This document shows positions 1-7,149 of a stretch of DNA of 26,086 nucleotides, in pieces. Within the stretch, counting starts at the first letter, position 1, and each line of letters starts with the position of its first letter. This DNA is from a virus (Duplodnaviria; Caudoviricetes): positions 1 through 26,086 of the IMG/VR virus record IMGVR_UViG_3300037721_000072. One strand, given 5' to 3'. The position numbers and the translations under genes are program-made. A model generated the notes under the pieces. The model was not told the origin of the DNA and searched no databases. It saw only the letters and a list, made by a program, of their open reading frames with translations.

Positions 1-284
1 CTGACAATTTCCACTGCCTCTTCAACAGACCGAACGGTTGCCACCTTGATGCCACGGTTCCTTGCCCGTCGATGCCAAGCTTCCTGCTCATCGGACAGCC
101 GGCCGTTCGGGAGCTTAACCTCTAGCCAGCCTGAGGGGGACACGATGCACAGGTCTGGCATTCCAGTTTCACCTGTTCTCACCCCCGATTTGCCTCTCTT
201 TTCCTTAACTGCCGCTCGCACGACCCAGAAGCCCAGGGCCTGAAGAGCGTTCACGATGCGACGCTGGAGTTCGGTTTCAGACAT
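1..284 (-). CDS. VRR-NUC domain PD-(D/E)xK nuclease (Holliday-junction resolvase-like), 3' end runs off the window
   Basis: Not in the ORF track. Manual translation from ATG 284: MSETELQRRIVNALQALGFWVVR...TGMPDLCIVSPSGWLEVKLPNGRLSDEQEAWHRRARNRGIKVATVRSVEEAVEIV. It has the E...G.PD...EVK...G.LS..Q..W signature, and the start overlaps the upstream stop. Confidence 0.9.
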   Translation of the reverse strand, partial: MSETELQRRIVNALQALGFWVVRAAVKEKRGKSGVRTGETGMPDLCIVSPSGWLEVKLPNGRLSDEQEAWHRRARNRGIKVATVRSVEEAVEIV

Positions 285-501
285 CTTTGGACTCCCAGAG
301 TACACAGCCGAAATCAGGTGGCGTACCGAGGTGAGCGTTCCCAGCGCAGGGCTCTCCATCTTGGCCGACCGCCTCCTCGAGCTTGAGGCACTGCTGCTCG
401 TCTTTTGCAAAGTATGGCCGCCCGTACTCGTGTGTCGATCCATCGGGCAGCGTGAACGTCCCCAGTTTGCCCCAATGTTTACAGTTCTTGCAACTGTTCA
501 C
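277..501 (-). CDS. Small Cys-rich hypothetical protein (CxxCxxW...FGC)
   Basis: GTG at 501 forms a GTGA overlap with the upstream stop and has AGAGG upstream. Sequence MNSCKNCKHWGK...PPDFGCVLWESKDV. The longer 540 start in the track is unlikely. Confidence 0.75.
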   Translation of the reverse strand: MNSCKNCKHWGKLGTFTLPDGSTHEYGRPYFAKDEQQCLKLEEAVGQDGEPCAGNAHLGTPPDFGCVLWESKDV

Positions 502-731
502 AGTGGAGCCTCTTTCCATCCGTGCCCACACCTCCCGCACTTGGCTGCCCTGAGCCCGTCAACCCAGGGCGTAATCGCCACCACCGACCAGCGCATGGGG
601 CAACGTGGCCTGAACGACCTCAGTGAGGCTTCCGTTCCATGGAGAAGTTCCATGTAGTCGATGCGCTTCTGGGCTGCGGCATCGAGGAACAGGGTGATGT
701 AGTCGTGGGCCACGAGTTCATGTTCATTCAT
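498..731 (-). CDS. Hypothetical protein with C-terminal CxxC (KCGRCGHGW), possible Zn ribbon
   Basis: 4-nt overlaps with both neighbours. Confidence 0.7.
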   Translation of the reverse strand: MNEHELVAHDYITLFLDAAAQKRIDYMELLHGTEASLRSFRPRCPMRWSVVAITPWVDGLRAAKCGRCGHGWKEAPL

Positions 732-1153
732 AGCTTTGCTCCTAGCTTAGCCAGTGCCTCCGCCTGCATCTCGGCGGGTGTTAGGAACGCGAGCCGCGCC
801 AACTCCTCCGGCGGCTCGCGGCCCCAGCGCTCCTTGAACTCGTGACCGCAGTTCAGAGCAATGTCGGGCCAGTCGGTGTCGTAGTCACCGAAGTGCGTCT
901 CGCGTGCTCGGCGCCGATTGGCTTCGTTGTTCGTTCGGTGAATCTCGCAGAGATGCTGATAAATGGCGTCACAGCGCAAACACCGCACGGTTTCCTCGAC
1001 CTGGCCGCCCCAGATGACCGTGTGTCGAACGTATATGTGCCCGCGCTCGACCGTCTCTTTGCAGGCGTCGCAACGGTGCTCCTTTCGGGCGCGCCGCTGA
1101 CGCTGGCTGTCCACAACGATGGGCTCACCACCATCATCGCAATCGACACTCAC
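728..1153 (-). CDS. Phage Zn-finger protein (ARKEHRCDAC...RCLRC)
   Basis: Two CxxC pairs in the ARKxHxCxxC pattern common in phage hypotheticals; coupled on both sides. Confidence 0.8.
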   Translation of the reverse strand: MSVDCDDGGEPIVVDSQRQRRARKEHRCDACKETVERGHIYVRHTVIWGGQVEETVRCLRCDAIYQHLCEIHRTNNEANRRRARETHFGDYDTDWPDIALNCGHEFKERWGREPPEELARLAFLTPAEMQAEALAKLGAKL

Positions 1154-1422
1154 CGCTCCCCCCTCACAGTCTTCGCCACGACCTTACGGAGAGCCGTCAC
1201 GTCAGCCACCACCAGTTCCGTGCCGTACTCAGAGAACGTAAAGCACGCCCTCAGCTCACGAGCTATCTTCAAAACAGCGTAAAGGCTCGGGCCAAACGTT
1301 CCGAACCTGTCCCTCTCCATGGCCTGTATTGTGAACCGGCTAACTCCTGAACGGTTGGACAGTATTTCCTGTGTCCAACCCATTTCTTCCCTGAATTTCT
1401 TCATCTGCTGGCCTAACGTCAT
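1150..1422 (-). CDS. XRE/Cro-C1 family helix-turn-helix transcriptional regulator
   Basis: LGQQMKKFREEMGWTQEILSNRSGVSRFTIQAMER...PSLYAVLKIAREL is the canonical XRE HTH pattern; first gene of the leftward operon. Confidence 0.92.
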   Translation of the reverse strand: MTLGQQMKKFREEMGWTQEILSNRSGVSRFTIQAMERDRFGTFGPSLYAVLKIARELRACFTFSEYGTELVVADVTALRKVVAKTVRGER

Positions 1423-1428
1423 GAGAGA

Positions 1429-1457
1429 ATACTACACCATGGCGCTTGACATGTCTA
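1429..1457 (-). promoter_or_regulatory. Leftward sigma70-like promoter TAGACA-N17-TAGTAT, probably leaderless
   Basis: -35 at 1457-1452 and -10 at 1434-1429; only 6 nt (TCTCTC) separate it from the ATG at 1422, and there is no SD. Confidence 0.7.
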
Positions 1458-1474
1458 GCCCAATGGGGCACTGT
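1446..1474 (+). promoter_or_regulatory. Rightward sigma70-like promoter TTGACA-N17-CACTGT, probably leaderless
   Basis: Perfect -35 at 1446-1451, weaker -10 at 1469-1474, 7 nt to the ATG at 1482. Confidence 0.6.
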
Positions 1475-1481
1475 GGGGGAC

Positions 1482-2210
1482 ATGAGCTACGACAATTGGA
1501 AGTGCACCCCTCCTGAGGAGGAGCTGGAGACTGAGTCGTGCAGCCATGTGATTGGAACCTGTGCGTGTGATGAGGTGCCAGTTGATACTGGGGCGATGGC
1601 TGACACAGAGACGATAACGCTGGAGTGCCTGGAAAGGCTGGAGGCGCATGCCGCTCGCGTCCGCGCAGCGGAAGGAGGCAACAGTATTCGCTCGCTGAGT
1701 CTCGCCACCATCGAGACCCTGCTTGGTTGCGCCCGGAAGGTGCTGGAACAAGAGGCGAAGCCGGTGCCGGTGGGGGAGGTGACGCGAGAGCACCTCGTCG
1801 AGGCGATTTGCCGCCTGTACCCGAAAGCGGACAGCGAGGGCATCAGGGTGATGCTGATAAAGCCGCGCGAGGAGATTGCGGCACTGGCTCAGTTGTTAGC
1901 CACTCGCGAACTCGCAGCCTACGAGCGCGGGAAGGCGGAGCGGGAGCAGGCGGCCGAGGACAAGGCTTACGACTGGGCCATCGCTGACGCCATTACTCTC
2001 TCACACGCCCAGGCGCTAGCGGACTCGGCGGAGCGGGAGAGGGTGGAAGCTTTGCTCTACGCGGCGCGTGGCGTCATCAGCGCGAGCGAAAACAAGTACC
2101 CCGACCTCACTCGAGAGGAAGCCGAGCGCATAGCCATGGCCACCCTCCGGCGCGTAGTCGACACGTTCCCGCACTCGTGTGCAGCGGCAGAGAGGCTGGT
2201 GAGGCCGTGA
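1482..2210 (+). CDS. Hypothetical protein, first gene of the rightward operon (acidic N-terminus, helical)
   Basis: ATG 1482 (MSYDNWKCTPPEEE) is preferred over the track's TTG 1446, which lies in the -35 box; GTGA overlap with the next gene. Confidence 0.75.
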   Translation: MSYDNWKCTPPEEELETESCSHVIGTCACDEVPVDTGAMADTETITLECLERLEAHAARVRAAEGGNSIRSLSLATIETLLGCARKVLEQEAKPVPVGEVTREHLVEAICRLYPKADSEGIRVMLIKPREEIAALAQLLATRELAAYERGKAEREQAAEDKAYDWAIADAITLSHAQALADSAERERVEALLYAARGVISASENKYPDLTREEAERIAMATLRRVVDTFPHSCAAAERLVRP

Positions 2211-2401
2211 GGGCGCTGGCGGAGCACCTCGGCAACTACGGCAAGCTGACCTTTCGCAAGCCGATGAATGGTTACGGGTGGCGAATCAGTGCTGCTTTGC
2301 CTGGCGCATTCCTGGATGGTTTCCGCGCAGAAGACTCGAAACCTGAGGGCGCCGCCATCGCTCTCGCGGAAAAGCTCAAGCTGATTCCGGAGGCGAAGTG
2401 A
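2207..2401 (+). CDS. Hypothetical protein
   Basis: GTG 2207 overlaps the previous stop (GTGA) with GAGG upstream; coupled to the next gene. Confidence 0.65.
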   Translation: MRALAEHLGNYGKLTFRKPMNGYGWRISAALPGAFLDGFRAEDSKPEGAAIALAEKLKLIPEAK

Positions 2402-2634
2402 CCAGCGACGAATTGATTGGCCGCGTCAGTGCGGCCCTTGCCGAGCGTGACCAGTTATTCGCTTACGTCGCAAAACTAGAGGCGTTCGGCGGACGGCTCG
2501 CCAACTGCGCATACAACATCAAGCAACAGACGAAGATGAGCGAGCACGAACGCAACTGTCTCATCGACAACTACGGCGAGCAGTACATGGGCTGCTCGCG
2601 ATGCTTCATCGCTCTGCCACCGGAGACCCCCTAA
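2398..2634 (+). CDS. Hypothetical protein (C-terminal CxxC)
   Basis: GGAGG SD and GTGA overlap. Confidence 0.65.
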   Translation: MTSDELIGRVSAALAERDQLFAYVAKLEAFGGRLANCAYNIKQQTKMSEHERNCLIDNYGEQYMGCSRCFIALPPETP

Positions 2635-2636
2635 CC

Positions 2637-2855
2637 ATGGGCCCAATCGAGCGAGAGCTGAGGACGGCGCCGGTGGAGAACGAGGACATTTACCAGTGGG
2701 CATGGACCTGCATAAGCGCCAGGAGCCGCAAGGTTGTTCAGGACGCATGTTGGTCAACCGGCGACGGGCTACTGACCGCTGGCGCCCGGCGCCTCGGTAT
2801 CCTCCCCGACGTGCTCAGCGATGCTGTCGAATTTGCAGCAAGTGAGGGAATCTGA
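2637..2855 (+). CDS. Hypothetical protein
   Basis: ATG 2637 lies 2 nt after the previous TAA with GGAG upstream; MGPIERELRTAPVE... Confidence 0.6.
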   Translation: MGPIERELRTAPVENEDIYQWAWTCISARSRKVVQDACWSTGDGLLTAGARRLGILPDVLSDAVEFAASEGI

Positions 2856-2938
2856 TGGCGAAGCCCAACGTCTGCCCGACCTGGACGGTGCAGAAGCGCG
2901 CAATCGAAAAGACAAAGAAGAGACGGAAGGTGGTCTAG
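2855..2938 (+). CDS. 27-aa basic microprotein (MAKPNVCPTWTVQKRAIEKTKKRRKVV)
   Basis: Below the track cut-off. TGATG overlap upstream with a GAGGGA SD, and its TAG directly abuts the next ATG (2939). Confidence 0.6.
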   Translation: MAKPNVCPTWTVQKRAIEKTKKRRKVV

Positions 2939-3166
2939 ATGGCAAAACAGGAAATAGAAACGTTGATTCTGGCAGGCACGAAGCTCTCCAATTTCGCCTT
3001 CAATGTGGCCAGGGAGGAAGGGCGCATACCGGCACGCTGGCTCAATTCGGCGCGTGATGCCGTCAGCGAATTCGACAACGCGCTCAAGGCCTACCGAGGG
3101 GCGGCGGAGCGCCCGAAGAAGATGGTGAAGATACGCGCCATCAAAGCAAAGGGACGGAAGCGATGA
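2939..3166 (+). CDS. Hypothetical protein with basic C-terminus
   Basis: AAGGTGG SD; ATGA overlap with the next gene. Confidence 0.7.
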   Translation: MAKQEIETLILAGTKLSNFAFNVAREEGRIPARWLNSARDAVSEFDNALKAYRGAAERPKKMVKIRAIKAKGRKR

Positions 3167-3378
3167 GAACAACGAAAGCGCTCCGCCATCCGCGCAACCA
3201 TTTACCAGACACCTTCTACACGATGCCTGGCAGCGCAGGCACCACCATGACCCGCAAGCAAGTTTCCGAGACGATGCTGGCTACGGGCGGCTGGATCATG
3301 TCCTGCGGCAGGGGCTACTCGATCAAGGCCAAACATCTTGCCGCGGGCGTCTACTCGGTGACTTTGGAGGAGCGATGA
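3163..3378 (+). CDS. Hypothetical protein
   Basis: ATGA overlaps at both ends. Confidence 0.7.
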   Translation: MRTTKALRHPRNHLPDTFYTMPGSAGTTMTRKQVSETMLATGGWIMSCGRGYSIKAKHLAAGVYSVTLEER

Positions 3379-4211
3379 CCAACCAGCAGGCGAGCAAACC
3401 GATTGAGTACGAGGCCAACGGCAAGCGCTATGTGCTGTTCCGCCGAGATGTGGCCCTGGACAGATACTCGGGAAACCTTGCCACCGCCGCCGACCTCATC
3501 GCAGCGCTCCAGGCCAACGAGGCTGTGCGGGCTGATGTGCTCGATGGTCTCGGCCATCGCGAGGAGGTAGAACAGCGCGTGGTAGCAAGCTGGAGGGCCC
3601 GCGCAGAAGCCGCCGAGGCGAGGGTGGTGGAGCTGACTGAGCAGCTTTCCGCGTCTGAGTCCGCCATCGACGCCTACCGCGACCAGCGAGAGCGCTTCTC
3701 TACGCAAGCGATGGAGGCTCGCCAGCAAGTCGCCTCCCTCCAAGCCCAGCTCCGCGAGAGGGAGGAGGAATGCCAGCGGCTGCGGGGGCAGCTGGAGGTG
3801 ACGAAGCGGGAGTTGAAAGCTGTGCTTGGCCGCATCGAATCTGACGTCAACGAAGTGCGGAGCTATCTACTTAACGAGTCGGAGTTCGAGGAACACCCGA
3901 TTGTTCAGTTGTCAGCATCGGTGCTGAGAATTAGGAACCAACTTGCCGCCTCGGCCATCCAGCCCCCGCCGGGGGAAGGCGTGATGGATGAGAGAGCTAC
4001 AGCCCTGCCGGGCATCGTCGAATGCTGCGGCGCAATTTGGTACCGACGTGTTGCGCATCCGAATGACTCGAATTCCAAGTGCTGCCGCTGCGGTGGCCGC
4101 CTCGCCATCGGTGAGGAATTCTTTCGGGGCAGGTTTACGCAACACGCCGTACATCCGCGTTGCCTAGAGGCTGAGATAGCGAAGCGCCGCGCGCAGAAGG
4201 AGCAGGCGTGA
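3375..4211 (+). CDS. Coiled-coil protein with C-terminal Zn-finger-like domain (CxxC...HxxC)
   Basis: GGAGGAG SD; long E/R/Q/A heptad region; C-terminal CCRCGGRLAIGE...HPRC. Confidence 0.8.
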   Translation: MTNQQASKPIEYEANGKRYVLFRRDVALDRYSGNLATAADLIAALQANEAVRADVLDGLGHREEVEQRVVASWRARAEAAEARVVELTEQLSASESAIDAYRDQRERFSTQAMEARQQVASLQAQLREREEECQRLRGQLEVTKRELKAVLGRIESDVNEVRSYLLNESEFEEHPIVQLSASVLRIRNQLAASAIQPPPGEGVMDERATALPGIVECCGAIWYRRVAHPNDSNSKCCRCGGRLAIGEEFFRGRFTQHAVHPRCLEAEIAKRRAQKEQA

Positions 4212-4510
4212 TGGTTCACCACTGCCACGCGCTCGGTTGCAAGGCTGCCTGTCCGCCCAGATGGCTCATGTGCAAGCCGTGCTGGTCCCAGGTGCCGGCC
4301 GACATTCAGGCCGAGGTGTACCGCACCGTCAGCATGCGCGGCCCTAGTTGCGATCATACCTGGGCACCGTGGTGGCGTGCCCAGGCGCGAGCGATTGCGC
4401 ATGTTGCTCACCTGACACAACCGAACGAAGCGGCGCGAGACCGTTACCTAGCGCGCGAACTGGGCTTCGCCGACACGCTGGAGCGCTGCGCGCAGAAGGA
4501 GCAGACGTGA
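4208..4510 (+). CDS. Phage Cys/His-rich protein (HxCHAxGC...LMCxxCW)
   Basis: Motif seen in small phage hypotheticals; last gene of the rightward operon. Confidence 0.75.
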   Translation: MMVHHCHALGCKAACPPRWLMCKPCWSQVPADIQAEVYRTVSMRGPSCDHTWAPWWRAQARAIAHVAHLTQPNEAARDRYLARELGFADTLERCAQKEQT

Positions 4511-4518
4511 GCGGCGCC

Positions 4519-4839
4519 TCAGAACAGCTTCACACCGCGGAGAATCAACAGCGTGGCGGCTGCAATGGCGGCGAGGCCCAGCACCAGGATGACCACCGCG
4601 CGCCCGGTCGGGGTGAGTCCGGCGAGCGCGCCTAACGCGACCTTCGCCTTAGGCGGCGCGTCGGACGGGATTTTCACCTGCGAGTCCTCTTCCTCGTCCG
4701 TGTAGCTGTGGAGCTGCTGGCGGGTGATACCGGCGTCCTGCTCTAGCTGTCTGACCCGTCGTTCGAGGTCAGCGACGTGTTTTTCCCACGTCTCAGGTAG
4801 ACGCTGGCCCGGAATGCCTGGGGCGTGAGGCGGCGTCAC
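4519..4839 (-). CDS. Membrane protein of the lysis cassette (holin-like candidate)
   Basis: Short coiled coil plus C-terminal hydrophobic helix AVVILVLGLAAIAAATLLIL; coupled to the upstream gene. Confidence 0.6.
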   Translation of the reverse strand: MTPPHAPGIPGQRLPETWEKHVADLERRVRQLEQDAGITRQQLHSYTDEEEDSQVKIPSDAPPKAKVALGALAGLTPTGRAVVILVLGLAAIAAATLLILRGVKLF

Positions 4840-5069
4840 GGAGCTACCCTAGCCAGTACCGCAAGCGCGGCTGCTACAATGCTCACGAGCGCAGGGAGCC
4901 AGATGTGCTGCTCGAGTCGAGTGACGCGCCTCTCGGTCGCTTGAGCTGTGTTCAGGAACTGGAGCTGCCTTTCGCTGATGCTGTGGACGATGTCGCGGAT
5001 GTCGTTGAGGTCGGAGCGAAGCAATGGGCGCTCAATGGGGGTCGTTTCTTCGTATTGTTCCATGCTCAC
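4836..5069 (-). CDS. Holin-like membrane protein (coiled coil plus single C-terminal TM, XhlA-like architecture)
   Basis: ERRVTRLEQ followed by IWLPALVSIVAAALAVLA; directly downstream of the endolysin. Confidence 0.6.
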   Translation of the reverse strand: MSMEQYEETTPIERPLLRSDLNDIRDIVHSISERQLQFLNTAQATERRVTRLEQHIWLPALVSIVAAALAVLARVAP

Positions 5070-5575
5070 TCCTCGTCCTGAATGCCAGGGACGCTGTACG
5101 GTTGATTGCGGACGAATCCGGCTTCCGGGGGCGCTTGAGCGAGCAGCAGGGGCTCGATGCTGTAGAAGACGATGCCCTGGCGTGGTCGAACCTGTTGGCG
5201 CACGCCGGGCTGATTCCCGTCGACCGAATGCACCTTGCCATCGTGCTCGTAGGAGTAGAGCAGGTGGTGTTGGAAGGGTTGCGGTAGGTAACCGATGTCA
5301 CCGCGTGACGGGGTTCGCGTTTGCTTGAGCCCGGCCGGACCGAGGAAGCCGATCCCGTCCTGCCAGTAGATGTCCTGGGCGATGCCGGCTTGCTTGAGGC
5401 ACCACAGGGCAAACCCGCCGCACCAGTCGCGCGTCTTGGCGTACGTCTTGGCCTGAGCGTCGCTCCACTCGGGAGGAAGGACCGAGCGCCAGTACTCATA
5501 GACGCGCTGGGAGCCCTTGCGTTGCGGGCCTATCTCGGCCTCGGCTATCTCGATGATGCGAGCCCTTGTCGTCAC
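5066..5575 (-). CDS. Endolysin, CHAP (NlpC/P60-fold) peptidoglycan hydrolase
   Basis: IIEIAEAEIG...DWCGGFALWC (catalytic Cys)...PSRGDI...QHHLL (His)...VHSVDGN. Confidence 0.85.
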   Translation of the reverse strand: MTTRARIIEIAEAEIGPQRKGSQRVYEYWRSVLPPEWSDAQAKTYAKTRDWCGGFALWCLKQAGIAQDIYWQDGIGFLGPAGLKQTRTPSRGDIGYLPQPFQHHLLYSYEHDGKVHSVDGNQPGVRQQVRPRQGIVFYSIEPLLLAQAPPEAGFVRNQPYSVPGIQDEE

Positions 5576-5628
5576 GACGCCACCTGACAGGGAGTAAGCA
5601 GTAGAGGAAGAACCAGCGCATGGGTCAT
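5572..5628 (-). CDS. Putative 18-aa hydrophobic peptide coupled to the endolysin (MTHALVLPLLLTPCQVAS)
   Basis: AAGGA 5 nt before ATG 5628; its TGA overlaps the endolysin GTG. Confidence 0.35.
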   Translation of the reverse strand: MTHALVLPLLLTPCQVAS

Positions 5629-5637
5629 TGCGTTCCT

Positions 5638-7149
5638 TCAGACGATGACGGTTCGAATCTGACCAGGTAAGACTATGCCATCCGCGCCAACAGCTGCTGG
5701 ACGCGACGCGGTGAAAAGCAAGTTCCCGGCGGCAGCAGCATCATGCTCGGCCCAGTAGGTACCCGTTGCCTGCTGGGCCAGTGATACCTGGGCAACGGTG
5801 ACGCCGCTTGCGCCCCACGTTGTCGCTTGGGTCATGGAGACTCGCGACCCTGCTTGCGCTCCAGCGCCGTCCGGGTCACCAGCCCAATAGCTACCGTACG
5901 TGGTGGTGAGCCACGCCGGCGCGTAAGGAGTACCGCCGAATGCAAGCCCCAGTAATCCGTGCAGAACATCGTCGGCGAAGCCGCCAATCGATGCGTTGTC
6001 CTCACCAGTGATGGTGATGGCTCCGGTGGCGAACTGTGGCGCCCCGGTAGCAACAGAGACGGCCACGCCCGAGGAGAATGCCTGCTGCGCTAGCACCGCT
6101 CCCGCCCCTTCTGTGGCGCTGTCGGTGAGCTTCCAGCCCCATACAGTCGGCCATGTGCCGCTCGGTGTCGGGAAAGTGAACGCAACCCCGTTGCTTACCA
6201 TCCTCCCGGCAGGGGCCGGCCACGTAGTGGCGTCATTCGTGTTGGACGCTGGTGCGTAGCTCGCGGCCGTCCCCGGCGTAAGCGGAATGCTGAGCGCAGC
6301 ATCCGCATAAAGGTGAATGTAGTGCGTAGCAGCCGGCGAATAGCTGCCCTGGTCTCGGGCGTGGTTTACCAGCGCTGTCCGTAGAGCCGGGCCTAGAGAC
6401 CCGAGGGTGATAACCGCCATGATGACCGCCGCTTCCCTCTCTCCGTACGTGGCGTACCCGGCTTGGTTTGGGTGCAGCCCATCCGCGCCCGCGTAGGTAA
6501 CTCCATCGGACTGGTCACGAGTGATGGCCCGCCGCGTGTCGTTTGTCCCGACTACCGCTGCGGATATCTGCAACGCCCGGAATGACGCCGCGTTGTTTTG
6601 GTTGGTCAGTTGGTAATTGGTGCACACCACGAAACGGTCAGCGCTTGTCCCAACTACGGACTCGACCACGCCGTGAGCCAGGCCATAGTTTGTCGCCCAA
6701 GCATCGATAATCGCTTGCTCGGGACCGGTTGGCGTCGGGTAACCGTAGCGAGCTTCGTACTCACCCTGGTCGCTGATGTGATGGTGAACGAACGAATCAT
6801 TCGGGTGTGCGGCCTGGATAGCGGCCCATGCCGCAGTTAGGGAAGCGAGTCCAGCGGTGTACTGTGCGCCACCGGGAATCCACCCGTTTGCCGCTGTCGA
6901 GCCGAGGTAGATATCGACAATGATCGGCCTGTATGCCTTTGCAGTGAGGATTCTACCTACGGTGTAGGCGGCGCCCGTGCCACCAGAGGCGTTTCCTAGC
7001 AGGGGGCCCAACGTTGCCGGTCCAGTGCCAAGCTCATCTTTCCAGAAGAGGTTGCCCCCGATGTCGGCGCCGGCTTCGCCGGAGCCAGGCGTGCCGCCGG
7101 TGTTGCTCTGTCCCGGCCAGCCGCGCCAGAAAATGTGCCGAACGGTCAT
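5638..7149 (-). CDS. Virion/tail protein: N-terminal SGNH (SASA/CE6-like) O-acetylesterase plus C-terminal phage structural domain(s)
   Basis: GQSN, DQGE and DGLHPNQAGY motifs in order. The C-terminus resembles a widespread phage tail-protein fold (VSNGVAFTFPTPSGTWPTV...DSATEG; partial second copy HDAAAAGNLLF). ATG 7149 has an ATGA overlap. Confidence 0.8.
   Translation of the reverse strand: MTVRHIFWRGWPGQSNTGGTPGSGEAGADIGGNLFWKDELGTGPATLGPLLGNASGGTGAAYTVGRILTAKAYRPIIVDIYLGSTAANGWIPGGAQYTAGLASLTAAWAAIQAAHPNDSFVHHHISDQGEYEARYGYPTPTGPEQAIIDAWATNYGLAHGVVESVVGTSADRFVVCTNYQLTNQNNAASFRALQISAAVVGTNDTRRAITRDQSDGVTYAGADGLHPNQAGYATYGEREAAVIMAVITLGSLGPALRTALVNHARDQGSYSPAATHYIHLYADAALSIPLTPGTAASYAPASNTNDATTWPAPAGRMVSNGVAFTFPTPSGTWPTVWGWKLTDSATEGAGAVLAQQAFSSGVAVSVATGAPQFATGAITITGEDNASIGGFADDVLHGLLGLAFGGTPYAPAWLTTTYGSYWAGDPDGAGAQAGSRVSMTQATTWGASGVTVAQVSLAQQATGTYWAEHDAAAAGNLLFTASRPAAVGADGIVLPGQIRTVIV

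Noticed and set aside
1150-1481. Classical cI/cro lysogeny switch proving a temperate lifestyle
   Set aside because: Only one HTH gene is present, with no peptidase-bearing repressor, integrase or att site in the window; lifestyle is undetermined
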